Below, in pieces: positions 26,514 to 34,736 of a DNA stretch of 58,275 bases. The notes beneath the pieces were generated by a model. It made no database searches and was not told the origin of the DNA. It was given only the letters and a program-made list of their open reading frames with translations. Made by a program: the position numbers and the translations under genes. The first letter of the stretch is position 1. Each line of letters opens with the position of its first letter. The stretch lies in assembly GCA_964373695.1 (NCBI GenBank), contig CAYJVT010000004.1:1-58275 (forward strand), read 5' to 3'. Source of the stretch: an uncultured archaeon (GTDB lineage: Archaea > Aenigmatarchaeota > Aenigmatarchaeia > GW2011-AR5).

Positions 26514-28004
26514 ATGAAATTACTGATAACAATCCTCTTTGCAGCCGCATTGGCCGCCGCTGGCTTTGCATCACTCAGCGTCGAAAGCTTCACGTGCAAC
26601 AGCCAGTCTGGAACCGTTGTCGCAGAAACCGGCGCCACCCTCGTATGCCAGGCGTCGGTAAAGAACGGAGACAGCCAGAATTCCGCGGCTTTCAATTCCG
26701 CAAAACTCCTTGTCAGCGGCGTGTGGACGGACGCGACCTCCTACACAGGCGGCGGATTCGACACGACGATAAGCGCCGGAGGCTCCACAACGGCCACCTT
26801 CACCGGAATAAGCGCTGTTTCGCCCGGCCCCACAAACAAGTTCCAGGCGATTCTCCTTGACGACGCCACGGATACGTTTGTCGCCGACACCACGGTTAAT
26901 GTTCTTGCCGTGAAATCCATCACAGCAGCCTCCACGCTGTCATCAGCGACAGAAGGCCAGCAGTTCAGGGTTGACTCGACAGTAATAGTCGGCGGAGACC
27001 CGTCATCTGCCACCCTTTCCGTCTCCCTTTCCGGATGCAGCCTTGCCTCGGGCGAGACCGCCACCAAAAGCATCGGGGACGTGTCAAACAACGACGTTAT
27101 TTCAAGGTCGTGGCAGATGATTCAGGGAAGCAGCAACTGTCAGATTACAGTGACAGGCTCCCTGATAGCGTCTTCCGTCACTGTTCAGAGAACTACGACA
27201 GCGACAGTCACGAATCCAAATGTGGGCAGTTCTGGGAGTAGCTCGTCATCATCAAGCAGCAGCTCAGGCGGGGGCGGAGGGGGCGCTGCTTCTGCACAGA
27301 CAAAAGCTACAATAGTGAAGGAGTCACCAAACTCAATAAAGGCGACATTCAGCTCGATAGCCAAGGACAAGGAAGCTGTGATAGAAATCCCGGACGATGT
27401 GGACGCAGGCGTTACAAAGCTTACGTTCACAGCCTCCAGGGCCATAGGAAGTTCCTATGTAAACGTGAGAAGCCTTGATTCAATGCCCCCGTCCGTAACG
27501 AAAGAAGTCGAGGCTGCAAAGACGTACAAGTACATAGAAATATTGCATAACATCTCGGAAGGCGCTATATCATCAGCCAAGCTGTATTTTGACGTGGAAA
27601 AATCATGGCTTAGCGCAAATGACATAGACGCGGACAAGATTCATCTTAACAGATACAACGAAGGGAAGTGGGACAGGCTTTCCACAAGCAGGACAAATGA
27701 AACCTCTGAAAAGTTTTCATACAGCGCTTTATCACCCGGCTTCTCGGTGTTCGCTATAAGCGGCGAGGTGAAAACATCTTTGGCGGAGCAGACTTCGGGC
27801 CAGGCTGAGAAGCCTTCAACAGCGAAACAGCCCGGTACACAGCAGCCAGCGAGCGAAATAATAAAGGTTGTTTCTGATTATGGCATATACATACTTATAG
27901 TTGTCATAGCTGTCGTGCTGGTTCTGGGCTACTTCTATTACCACGGACATCGGCACCTGAAAAAAGCCGTCATGGTAAAGAAGCTCCGCGTCAAGTCGGC
28001 TTAA
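26514..28004 (+). CDS. type-I membrane protein with PGF-pre-PGF-like domain (anchor paralog 2)
   Basis: Same architecture as 13472..15025. It shares SIAKDKEAV(V/I)E(V/I)P, YKYIEI.HNI, KSWL.AN.ID, LNRY..KW and PGFSVFAISGEVKT, followed by a linker and a TM helix. Confidence 0.8.
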   Translation: MKLLITILFAAALAAAGFASLSVESFTCNSQSGTVVAETGATLVCQASVKNGDSQNSAAFNSAKLLVSGVWTDATSYTGGGFDTTISAGGSTTATFTGISAVSPGPTNKFQAILLDDATDTFVADTTVNVLAVKSITAASTLSSATEGQQFRVDSTVIVGGDPSSATLSVSLSGCSLASGETATKSIGDVSNNDVISRSWQMIQGSSNCQITVTGSLIASSVTVQRTTTATVTNPNVGSSGSSSSSSSSSSGGGGGGAASAQTKATIVKESPNSIKATFSSIAKDKEAVIEIPDDVDAGVTKLTFTASRAIGSSYVNVRSLDSMPPSVTKEVEAAKTYKYIEILHNISEGAISSAKLYFDVEKSWLSANDIDADKIHLNRYNEGKWDRLSTSRTNETSEKFSYSALSPGFSVFAISGEVKTSLAEQTSGQAEKPSTAKQPGTQQPASEIIKVVSDYGIYILIVVIAVVLVLGYFYYHGHRHLKKAVMVKKLRVKSA

Positions 28005-28024
28005 ATACCCTATGAGAAGATGAA

Positions 28025-28888
28025 ATGGATTTATACGGCCTGCCGCATATTCTTATCATGTTCAGGTGGTACGGACTCGCGGGCATACTTGCCATAGTTC
28101 TCGTCGAGATAAATTTCTTCCTTAAGATAGAGCCTTTTGCGACCTGGTATTTCCCGGTAGTCTGGTTCGGCTATATTCTGGTCGTCGACTCCCTGGTGTT
28201 CAAGCTGAGGAGGAATTCCCTGATAAGCAACAGGTTCCCCGATTTCATCGGCATGCTTGTCGTGTCAACGTTCATATGGTGGATATTCGAGTTCATCAAC
28301 ATATCGGTAAACAACTGGAGCTACCTTGGCATCAAGGACCTTGGAAACCTCAGAAACCTTTTCGGCTTCATCGCGTTCTCAACTGTCCTCCCGGCCTTCT
28401 TCGAGACAGTGGAATTGATAAGGTGCGTGCATATATTCGACAGCAGGAGACTGAAGAAGAGCCATAAAATAACGAAAGGATTCCTTCATCTCATGGTAGC
28501 AATAGGCGTGATAAGCTTCGTCGCTCCCGTCTTCCTACCGAAGTTTGCCTTCCCGCTTGTCTGGGCGAGCTTCTTCTTCCTGCTGGACCCGATAAACTAT
28601 CTTCATAGGCAGCCAAGCATCATCCAGCACCTCAGGGACAGGAAACTGGCCGTGCCTCTGTCCCTCCTCCTGGCCGGCATAATCATGGGCTTCTTCTGGG
28701 AGTTCTGGAACTACTGGGCCGCTGCCAAATGGATATACGACGTGCCGTTCGTCGGATTCTTCAAGGTATTCGAGATGCCCATACTGGGATACCTGGGCTA
28801 CTTCCCCTTCGCCTTTGAGCTCTATGCAATATACTGGTTCACAAGAAGCCTTTTCCTGAGGAAGGAAAACCTGCTGTCGCGCTCCTGA
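28025..28888 (+). CDS. polytopic integral membrane protein, unknown function
   Basis: 287 aa with about 7-8 hydrophobic segments and a Trp/Phe-rich composition (FFWEFWNYWAAAKWIYDVPFVGFF). No family recognised. Confidence 0.6.
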   Translation: MDLYGLPHILIMFRWYGLAGILAIVLVEINFFLKIEPFATWYFPVVWFGYILVVDSLVFKLRRNSLISNRFPDFIGMLVVSTFIWWIFEFINISVNNWSYLGIKDLGNLRNLFGFIAFSTVLPAFFETVELIRCVHIFDSRRLKKSHKITKGFLHLMVAIGVISFVAPVFLPKFAFPLVWASFFFLLDPINYLHRQPSIIQHLRDRKLAVPLSLLLAGIIMGFFWEFWNYWAAAKWIYDVPFVGFFKVFEMPILGYLGYFPFAFELYAIYWFTRSLFLRKENLLSRS

Positions 28889-28922
28889 AACCCCTTAAAT
28901 ACGCTCCGGTCACATTCTTCTT

Positions 28923-29582
28923 ATGAATTTCGAGCGCATGAACTTCGAAGGGGACCCCAACCTCGGCCTGTACGGCTTCGCCACGGACAAATACGTCCTG
29001 ACAGGCATAAACAGGAAGAAGATACTCCGGAAGATGGAGAAAACCCTCAAAGTGAAGCCAATTAGCACCATGATGCTCAACACCGAATTTGTCGGGATAT
29101 TCTGCAAGGGAAACTCCCAGGGAGTCATACTATCTGAAATCATGAAAGGCCATGAGCTCCCTCTGGTCAAAAAAATGTTCGACAAGGTTCTGGTGCTTAA
29201 GACTGACTATTCCGCGCTGGGAAACCTTATACTCATGAACGACAACGGCATAATCATATCGCCACTGATAAAACCCCACGCCAGGGAGATAAAGGAATTC
29301 TTCTCGCTGCCGTGCGAGGCCATGAGCATATCGCGGAGCCAGATAGTAGGAAGCCTCGGATTGGCGACAAACAAGGGATGCCTCGTCCATCCCAGGGCAA
29401 GCGATGCCGAGAAGCGGAAGATAAAGGACGTACTTGGCGTCGGCGTCGACATAGGAACAGTGAATTTCGGTTCCCCGTTCCCGTCTTCGGGCGTCATGGC
29501 AAACAGCAGCGGCTTCATCGCGTCGGAGGAAAGCTCCGGACCCGAATTGGGAAGGATAACCGAGGCGCTGGGTTTTTTGTGA
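28923..29582 (+). CDS. eif6: translation initiation factor 6 (aIF6)
   Basis: FEGDPNLGLYGFATDKYVLTG..., the repeated subdomain pattern and the ~220-aa length match eIF6/aIF6. Confidence 0.9.
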   Translation: MNFERMNFEGDPNLGLYGFATDKYVLTGINRKKILRKMEKTLKVKPISTMMLNTEFVGIFCKGNSQGVILSEIMKGHELPLVKKMFDKVLVLKTDYSALGNLILMNDNGIIISPLIKPHAREIKEFFSLPCEAMSISRSQIVGSLGLATNKGCLVHPRASDAEKRKIKDVLGVGVDIGTVNFGSPFPSSGVMANSSGFIASEESSGPELGRITEALGFL

Positions 29583-29752
29583 TGCATATGACAAGGCATG
29601 TAACCGTATACAGCGGAACCACGGTAGAAAATTACAGGACATGCGCATATGTAGACAATCGCGGAAGAGTAGTCTTTGACAAGGGAAGGGAGCCAAGGCA
29701 TGAGCATCCAAACTTTTATTTTGACCAAGATTTTAATTTAATATTGCAGTGA
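29582..29752 (+). CDS. small hypothetical protein (56 aa)
   Basis: The ATG overlaps the eif6 stop (TGATG) and the stop overlaps the next start. Sequence MHMTRHVTVYSGTTVENYRTCAYVDNRGRVVFDKGREPRHEHPNFYFDQDFNLILQ. No family recognised. Confidence 0.4.
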   Translation: MHMTRHVTVYSGTTVENYRTCAYVDNRGRVVFDKGREPRHEHPNFYFDQDFNLILQ

Positions 29753-30015
29753 TGTTTGCAGACTATTGCGTTGGCGGAATAATCCCATGCCATACACCTC
29801 TTGTAATGGAAGGCAGAGTAAGCGAAGAAGACATGACTTACGGCTTTTTGTGGGAAGGAAGAAAGTTTCCTATTGACACAATATGGATACCGAAAACGGG
29901 GTTTGACAGGCAAGATGTGAAATATTTTATGACAGAAAACTTACAATGGCAGTTTGGGTGCTTGATGCCGTATGATATTTTAAGCTCTGAAACGATCGAG
30001 TTATCATGCGGATAG
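29752..30015 (+). CDS. small hypothetical protein (87 aa)
   Basis: Translationally coupled on both sides: TGATG upstream and a 10-nt overlap with the NUDIX gene. No family recognised. Confidence 0.4.
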   Translation: MFADYCVGGIIPCHTPLVMEGRVSEEDMTYGFLWEGRKFPIDTIWIPKTGFDRQDVKYFMTENLQWQFGCLMPYDILSSETIELSCG

Positions 30016-30440
30016 ACGAAAAGACGTGGCAGAAGATACGAAAGCTCGTGCCGATACCCTCGGTTGACGGCGTCGTAATAAAGGACGGCAAAGTCCTGCT
30101 CCTGAAGCGAAATGTCAAGCCTACAGGCTCTTGGTGCCTGCCGGGAGGCCGCATAGAGTTCAGGGAAAGCGCTGAAAGCGCGGCGAAACGCGAGGTTTTT
30201 GAGGAGACAGGCCTCCGAACGAAGGTAGACAGGCTTGTGGGGGTATATTCCGAGCCTAAAAGAGACAAGAGATGGCACGCCGTCTCCATCGCATATATCA
30301 TGAAGCTCACAGGAGGCAAGTTGCGAATAAACGATGAATCGACAGACGCCAGATTCTTCAGGAGACTGCCGCCAAAAATGGCTTTCGACCACGCGAAGAT
30401 GGTACGTGATGCTTTTAAAATCTTGAAAACAAAGCGATAA
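30006..30440 (+). CDS. NUDIX hydrolase
   Basis: Complete Nudix box [24 protein letters not shown] (GX5EX7REUXEEXGU). Confidence 0.9.
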   Translation: MRIDEKTWQKIRKLVPIPSVDGVVIKDGKVLLLKRNVKPTGSWCLPGGRIEFRESAESAAKREVFEETGLRTKVDRLVGVYSEPKRDKRWHAVSIAYIMKLTGGKLRINDESTDARFFRRLPPKMAFDHAKMVRDAFKILKTKR

Positions 30441-30442
30441 CA

Positions 30443-30925
30443 ATGAAGAACGAGAAGGAACTGCAGCAGAAATACCTTTACGGGCAGCTGCTGAAGCAGC
30501 AGGCGACGGCCCTCATAGAGGAAAAACAAGCAATAGAGGCCCGCCTGGGCGAGGTGGTCATGACGAAAGAGGCCATAAACCGGATAGGCGGCACGGCCAA
30601 GGGAGACGTAATATGGTCGCCATTGGGCAGCGGCGCGTTCATGATATCCAATGTGGCCGACACCAAGAGCGTCCTGGTTAATGTAGGGGCCGGCGTCCTT
30701 GTCAAGACAAACCACGACAACGCGCTCTCGATACTTGAAGGCAGGATGAACGAGCTTCAGGAAGCCGATACCCAGATAACTGCGGAACTCAACAGGTTCG
30801 CACAGCAGCTGGGCGCCCTTGAAAGCGAGATGCAGCAGATGGTGCACGAAGAGGAGCGCAAAAAAGGGATGAAAGACTCCCATAAGCACAAGCACGATGA
30901 CAAGGTCAAGGGAACCGGCGGGTAA
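30443..30925 (+). CDS. pfdA: prefoldin alpha subunit
   Basis: A coiled coil, then the double beta-hairpin region VIWSPLGSGAFMISNVADTKSVLVNVGAGVLVK, then a second coiled coil. Its position upstream of ftsY is the conserved one. Confidence 0.85.
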   Translation: MKNEKELQQKYLYGQLLKQQATALIEEKQAIEARLGEVVMTKEAINRIGGTAKGDVIWSPLGSGAFMISNVADTKSVLVNVGAGVLVKTNHDNALSILEGRMNELQEADTQITAELNRFAQQLGALESEMQQMVHEEERKKGMKDSHKHKHDDKVKGTGG

Positions 30926-30958
30926 TAGAGTTAAAAAGACTTCAGGAATTTATTTCTT

Positions 30959-31237
30959 ATGCCAGAGGAAATGTCAGTTTGCATAAAACCGCAAACCGTG
31001 GGATATCCACCTGAAATGGAATATGTAGTTGTGTATAAAGTTGCGTATAATTTTGGAAATGGGTGGGGTATTGGATTCAGAAGAACAAGCGAAGATGTCG
31101 CATGCCATATAATTGATTGCGCCAGGGAAATGCAACCTTCAAGAATCAGAATCACATCGGAATGGTCTTATCCACAAGACGACCTTGATGCCGTTAGAGA
31201 ACTCGTCTATGAAAGCACCGGAATTGAAGTTGAATAA
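30959..31237 (+). CDS. hypothetical protein
   Basis: 92-aa ORF filling the pfdA-ftsY gap. It is more AT-rich than its neighbours. No family recognised. Confidence 0.4.
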   Translation: MPEEMSVCIKPQTVGYPPEMEYVVVYKVAYNFGNGWGIGFRRTSEDVACHIIDCAREMQPSRIRITSEWSYPQDDLDAVRELVYESTGIEVE

Positions 31238-31285
31238 AAAGCCTTCATATTGATTTTATTTAAACACCAAACCTAATCTATTTCT

Positions 31286-34174
31286 ATGTTCGGCTCGCTC
31301 AGGAAGAAGCTGCACGAAGCTGTGAAGAAGGTATCGAAGGCCGTTTCTGAAGACAGGCCCGTCCAAGAGAAAGATGTTCCTGACATCACAAAAGAGCAGC
31401 CCTTGCAAAAGGAAATACACGGGATGGAGGAAAGGGCAAAGGACATCCTCCTTGACTTTGAAAAACTCCAGGAGAAGGAAGTCATTCTTCCAAAAGAACC
31501 TTCTCCAACTCCGCTCGAAGAGATGGAGGAAAAGGAAGACAAAATACTGATGGAAAAGGAAAAGCTTGACGCGATGACCCAGAAGAATACCCGTAAGCCG
31601 GAAACAAGGACTGCCCCGCAAAAAGAATCCTTTATTCCAGAGATGACAGACTTCGAGAAGCACGAGCTCATGGCCGAAGAGGGCAAGAAGAGCCTTCTCG
31701 GAGGCCTCATGAAGAAGGTCAGTGAGAAGCGCCTCGAGGAAAAGGACGTGGAGAAGGTGGCAAAGGAGCTCCACATGACGCTCCTTGAGAACGACGTTTC
31801 CATGGAGACGGCCGACAAGATATCGGATGACCTGAAGAAGGAGCTTGCCGGAAAGAGCGTTCCGAGGGGGAAGATAGAAGACACCATAAAGGACGCCCTC
31901 AGAAACTCCATGCTAGACGTCCTGAGGCAGGAAAAGCCTGACATAATGAGGCTTGTCAGAGAAAAGAGAGGCGAGCCGTTCGTTATCGTGTTCCTAGGAT
32001 TCAACGGCACTGGCAAATGCGTTTCGGGCGATACACTTATTCCTCTAGCCAGTGGTGCAATTGCATCGATAAAAGACCTTTATGAAAGAGCCAGACTAAA
32101 TGGCGAGTCTGTTGTAGAAGATGGGTATGTAGTTAATAACCCGTCACTGGAGGTTTTTTCAACTAATCCGTATAATCTTAAAGTTGAACGAGTTAAGGCA
32201 CAAAATATATGGAAGCTTAAAAAAAATAAAGTACTTCATGTCTGCTTAAACAATGGACAGGATATAAAAGTAACTCCGGAACATCCCTTCTTCGTTCTCA
32301 AATCCGGCAGTATCTCACAGAAACGCGCTGATGAAATTACCAGAGAAGATTATGTAATGGTGCCGAGAGTTGTAATGCCTGAAAATAAGCCTTTATCCAA
32401 GATGGAACTATTAGACATGATAAGCAATAGAAAATTATTCGTGGTTTCCGAAGTTTTGGTTAACGATGCCTACGATATAATGACAGAGATTTTCGGCTCT
32501 TTGGAAAAAGCTTTCCATGAATTGTCCGAAGAAACCGACTGGATGACATTCAGATATTTCCGGAAGAACAGAAAAATACTCCCGTCGACTATAATCTTAA
32601 AGCTTGCAAAAATTAACGACAAATTCGCTGAAAATATTGAGAATGAAAAATTCAGCATCAAATTCGATAGAAGTAAGCCAATATTGATGCCAGATTTTAA
32701 TCATGATTTTTATCAATGGCTTGGACTTTTTTATGCTGAAGGGCATATGGACAGGAATTATGTTGAATTTACAAACTCAGAAGATTGGCTATTAGAAATA
32801 TTCTCCAATCTTACGAGAAATATTTTCGGCGTAGATAACATTCTTATAAAACCTGATTTACGCAATTTAACCGTAAAGAAATCGCTGATAGCCAATAGAA
32901 CTTTGTGCTATTTTGTTGAGAAGGCATTGGGCGTACCTCGCTACAATAAAAGCTCGTCAATGGCGCTTCCCGAATGGTTGATGTGCGATTCTGATGATCT
33001 TATAGCATCATTTTTGAGGTCTTATTGGGAGGGAGACGGCTCTGTAGAATTGAAGCACAGGTCTCTTGAAGCATCAACTGCAAGCGAAAAATTTGCCCGG
33101 CAACATTCTCTATTACTTTTACGGTTTGGTATTATATCTTCATTTTCCAAGAAGATTATAAACAATAAAAACTACTATAGAATTTATATAGTTGGCAAAG
33201 GGAAACTAAAATCTTTCAATGAAAAAATAGGTTTTCTTGGAGCTATGAAGCGTCAAAGGCTTGAAAATCTTATATTGATGAATTCTCAATTTGAGAAAAC
33301 CGAGCTTATTCCAATGCAGTCTGAATACCTGAGAAATCTTCGGCTGTCCGCTGGTATGCTTCAGCAGGATTTAGCTAGTTCGTTGAATATAGGACCAAGC
33401 CTTCTCAGCCAATATGAGCTCGAATCTTATCAAGTTTCAATTCCCGTAGAAAAGATAGCTAATCTGGCACTGAAATTTTCCTCGCCATTTCTGGAAACAC
33501 TGGCAAATGCAGACGTCAGATGGATAAAGGTAAGAAATGTCGAAGAAGTCTTAGATTCTGAAGAGTGGGTATACGATTTTACAATACCGGTTTACCATAA
33601 TTTTGTTGCCAATAATTTCATTATTCATAATACGACAAACCTCTCAAAGATGGCAAGCATGATGAAGGAATACAGGCCTGTCCTGGCTGCAGCCGACACT
33701 TTCCGCGCGGCAAGCATAGAGCAGCTGGAGGAGCATGGCAGGCGACTCGGAATGAAGGTGGTGAAGCACACTTACGGCTCGGACTCGGCATCAGTCATAT
33801 TCGACGCCAAGAAGCACGCGATGGCATCCGGAAGCAGGCTGGTGCTTGCAGACACGGCAGGCAGGAGCCACGCCAACGTGAACCTGATGGACGAACTGAA
33901 GAAGATATGCAGGGTCAACAAGCCTGACATGAAGATACTGGTCCTGGACTCCCTGACAGGCAACGACATATACGACCAGGTGAAACTGTTCAATGATGCA
34001 GTAGGCATAGACGGAATAATCCTTTCGAAGGCCGACGTCTACGACAAGGGCGGCGCGGCGCTGTCGGCCGCGCACACTTCAAAAAAGCCGATACTATACC
34101 TCGGGACCGGCCAGAACTACGGCGACCTGAAGGAATTTGACCCGGAAGAAATCGTCAAAAACCTGCTTGAATAA
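31286..34174 (+). CDS. ftsY: signal recognition particle receptor FtsY, containing an intein
   Basis: A charged A-domain is followed by an NG domain. The P-loop is split as GFNGTGK | intein | TTNLSKMA. Downstream motifs are AADTFRAA, DTAGR and SKAD..KGG. Confidence 0.9.
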   Translation: MFGSLRKKLHEAVKKVSKAVSEDRPVQEKDVPDITKEQPLQKEIHGMEERAKDILLDFEKLQEKEVILPKEPSPTPLEEMEEKEDKILMEKEKLDAMTQKNTRKPETRTAPQKESFIPEMTDFEKHELMAEEGKKSLLGGLMKKVSEKRLEEKDVEKVAKELHMTLLENDVSMETADKISDDLKKELAGKSVPRGKIEDTIKDALRNSMLDVLRQEKPDIMRLVREKRGEPFVIVFLGFNGTGKCVSGDTLIPLASGAIASIKDLYERARLNGESVVEDGYVVNNPSLEVFSTNPYNLKVERVKAQNIWKLKKNKVLHVCLNNGQDIKVTPEHPFFVLKSGSISQKRADEITREDYVMVPRVVMPENKPLSKMELLDMISNRKLFVVSEVLVNDAYDIMTEIFGSLEKAFHELSEETDWMTFRYFRKNRKILPSTIILKLAKINDKFAENIENEKFSIKFDRSKPILMPDFNHDFYQWLGLFYAEGHMDRNYVEFTNSEDWLLEIFSNLTRNIFGVDNILIKPDLRNLTVKKSLIANRTLCYFVEKALGVPRYNKSSSMALPEWLMCDSDDLIASFLRSYWEGDGSVELKHRSLEASTASEKFARQHSLLLLRFGIISSFSKKIINNKNYYRIYIVGKGKLKSFNEKIGFLGAMKRQRLENLILMNSQFEKTELIPMQSEYLRNLRLSAGMLQQDLASSLNIGPSLLSQYELESYQVSIPVEKIANLALKFSSPFLETLANADVRWIKVRNVEEVLDSEEWVYDFTIPVYHNFVANNFIIHNTTNLSKMASMMKEYRPVLAAADTFRAASIEQLEEHGRRLGMKVVKHTYGSDSASVIFDAKKHAMASGSRLVLADTAGRSHANVNLMDELKKICRVNKPDMKILVLDSLTGNDIYDQVKLFNDAVGIDGIILSKADVYDKGGAALSAAHTSKKPILYLGTGQNYGDLKEFDPEEIVKNLLE
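32018..33631 (+). mobile_element. 538-aa intein with LAGLIDADG homing-endonuclease and HTH domains in the FtsY P-loop
   Basis: It begins CVSGDTLIPL (block A), has TPEH (block B), then LGLFYAEGHM and LRSYWEGDGS (LAGLIDADG x2). An XRE-like HTH follows (LRLSAGMLQQDLASSLNIGPSLLSQYE). It ends VYDF...FIIHN followed by Thr+1. The DNA is visibly more AT-rich than the exteins. Confidence 0.85.
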
Positions 34175-34296
34175 GACTGCTAAACGAAAGATTCATACCA
34201 GCCTGCCGTTCCTGACAAAATTCGCGCCTGTTTCGAACAGAGTGTCGTGAAATGTCCTGTCTGATAGCATTTCTAACATCTTCCGGAAAGAGCCTT

Positions 34297-34434
34297 CTAT
34301 TCGGCGCCGATGTCCACAAGCTTTCTCACGGCGTCGCGGACGGCCTCGCTCCTGTTCGGGTAGACGCCTTTCTTCACGAGAACGTCGATATTCCTTATCT
34401 GCCTTTCTGTCAATCTTATCTGGACGGTTTCCAT
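34297..34434 (-). CDS. ribbon-helix-helix (CopG-family) DNA-binding protein, 45 aa
   Basis: Not in the ORF track. My translation is METVQIRLTERQIRNIDVLVKKGVYPNRSEAVRDAVRKLVDIGAE, a classic RHH pattern. It is divergent from giant gene 3. Confidence 0.7.
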   Translation of the reverse strand: METVQIRLTERQIRNIDVLVKKGVYPNRSEAVRDAVRKLVDIGAE

Positions 34435-34629
34435 TACCACTGAAACACCTCTCATATCACAAAACATTACGAAAATCTTAGATTACTCTAAAGTGACAGT
34501 CTTTTTAAGCGTGTCTTACGCAAAAGTCAGAACATTTTTGTAGTTACTTCAAAGAAATTAAAAAGTTTTATTGTCAATTACGAACGAAACACAAAAACCT
34601 TGCATTTTTTTTGGGACAAAACTCAAATT

Positions 34630-34640
34630 AATCTTATATA
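34630..34640 (+). promoter_or_regulatory. candidate BRE/TATA of giant gene 3 (AATCTTATATA)
   Basis: Identical 11-mer to 20851-20861. It lies 28 nt upstream of the GTG at 34668 and 97 nt upstream of the ATG at 34737. Confidence 0.4.
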
Positions 34641-34736
34641 GATTGGAATTTTCATTATTGAAGAGGGGTGTCAGACATCTTTGGGATTTTTTCGTGCGCA
34701 TTGTCGGCCGCGGGCAACGACATAAGATACAACGGG

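Noticed and set aside
28025-28888. Archaeosortase candidate, given the neighbouring PGF-motif proteins
   Set aside because: The single Cys (LIRCVHIF) is not in an archaeosortase/exosortase-like motif context. The neighbouring proteins also have a PGF-pre-PGF-like domain followed by an ordinary linker and TM, rather than a true PGF-CTERM sorting signal.
34668-34736. GTG start giving a 23-aa extension before the giant 3 signal peptide
   Set aside because: The extension (MSDIFGIFSCALSAAGNDIRYNG) would bury the signal peptide, whereas the ATG at 34737 gives a canonical one. This is not fully excluded, because the TATA-like box is only 28 nt upstream of the GTG.
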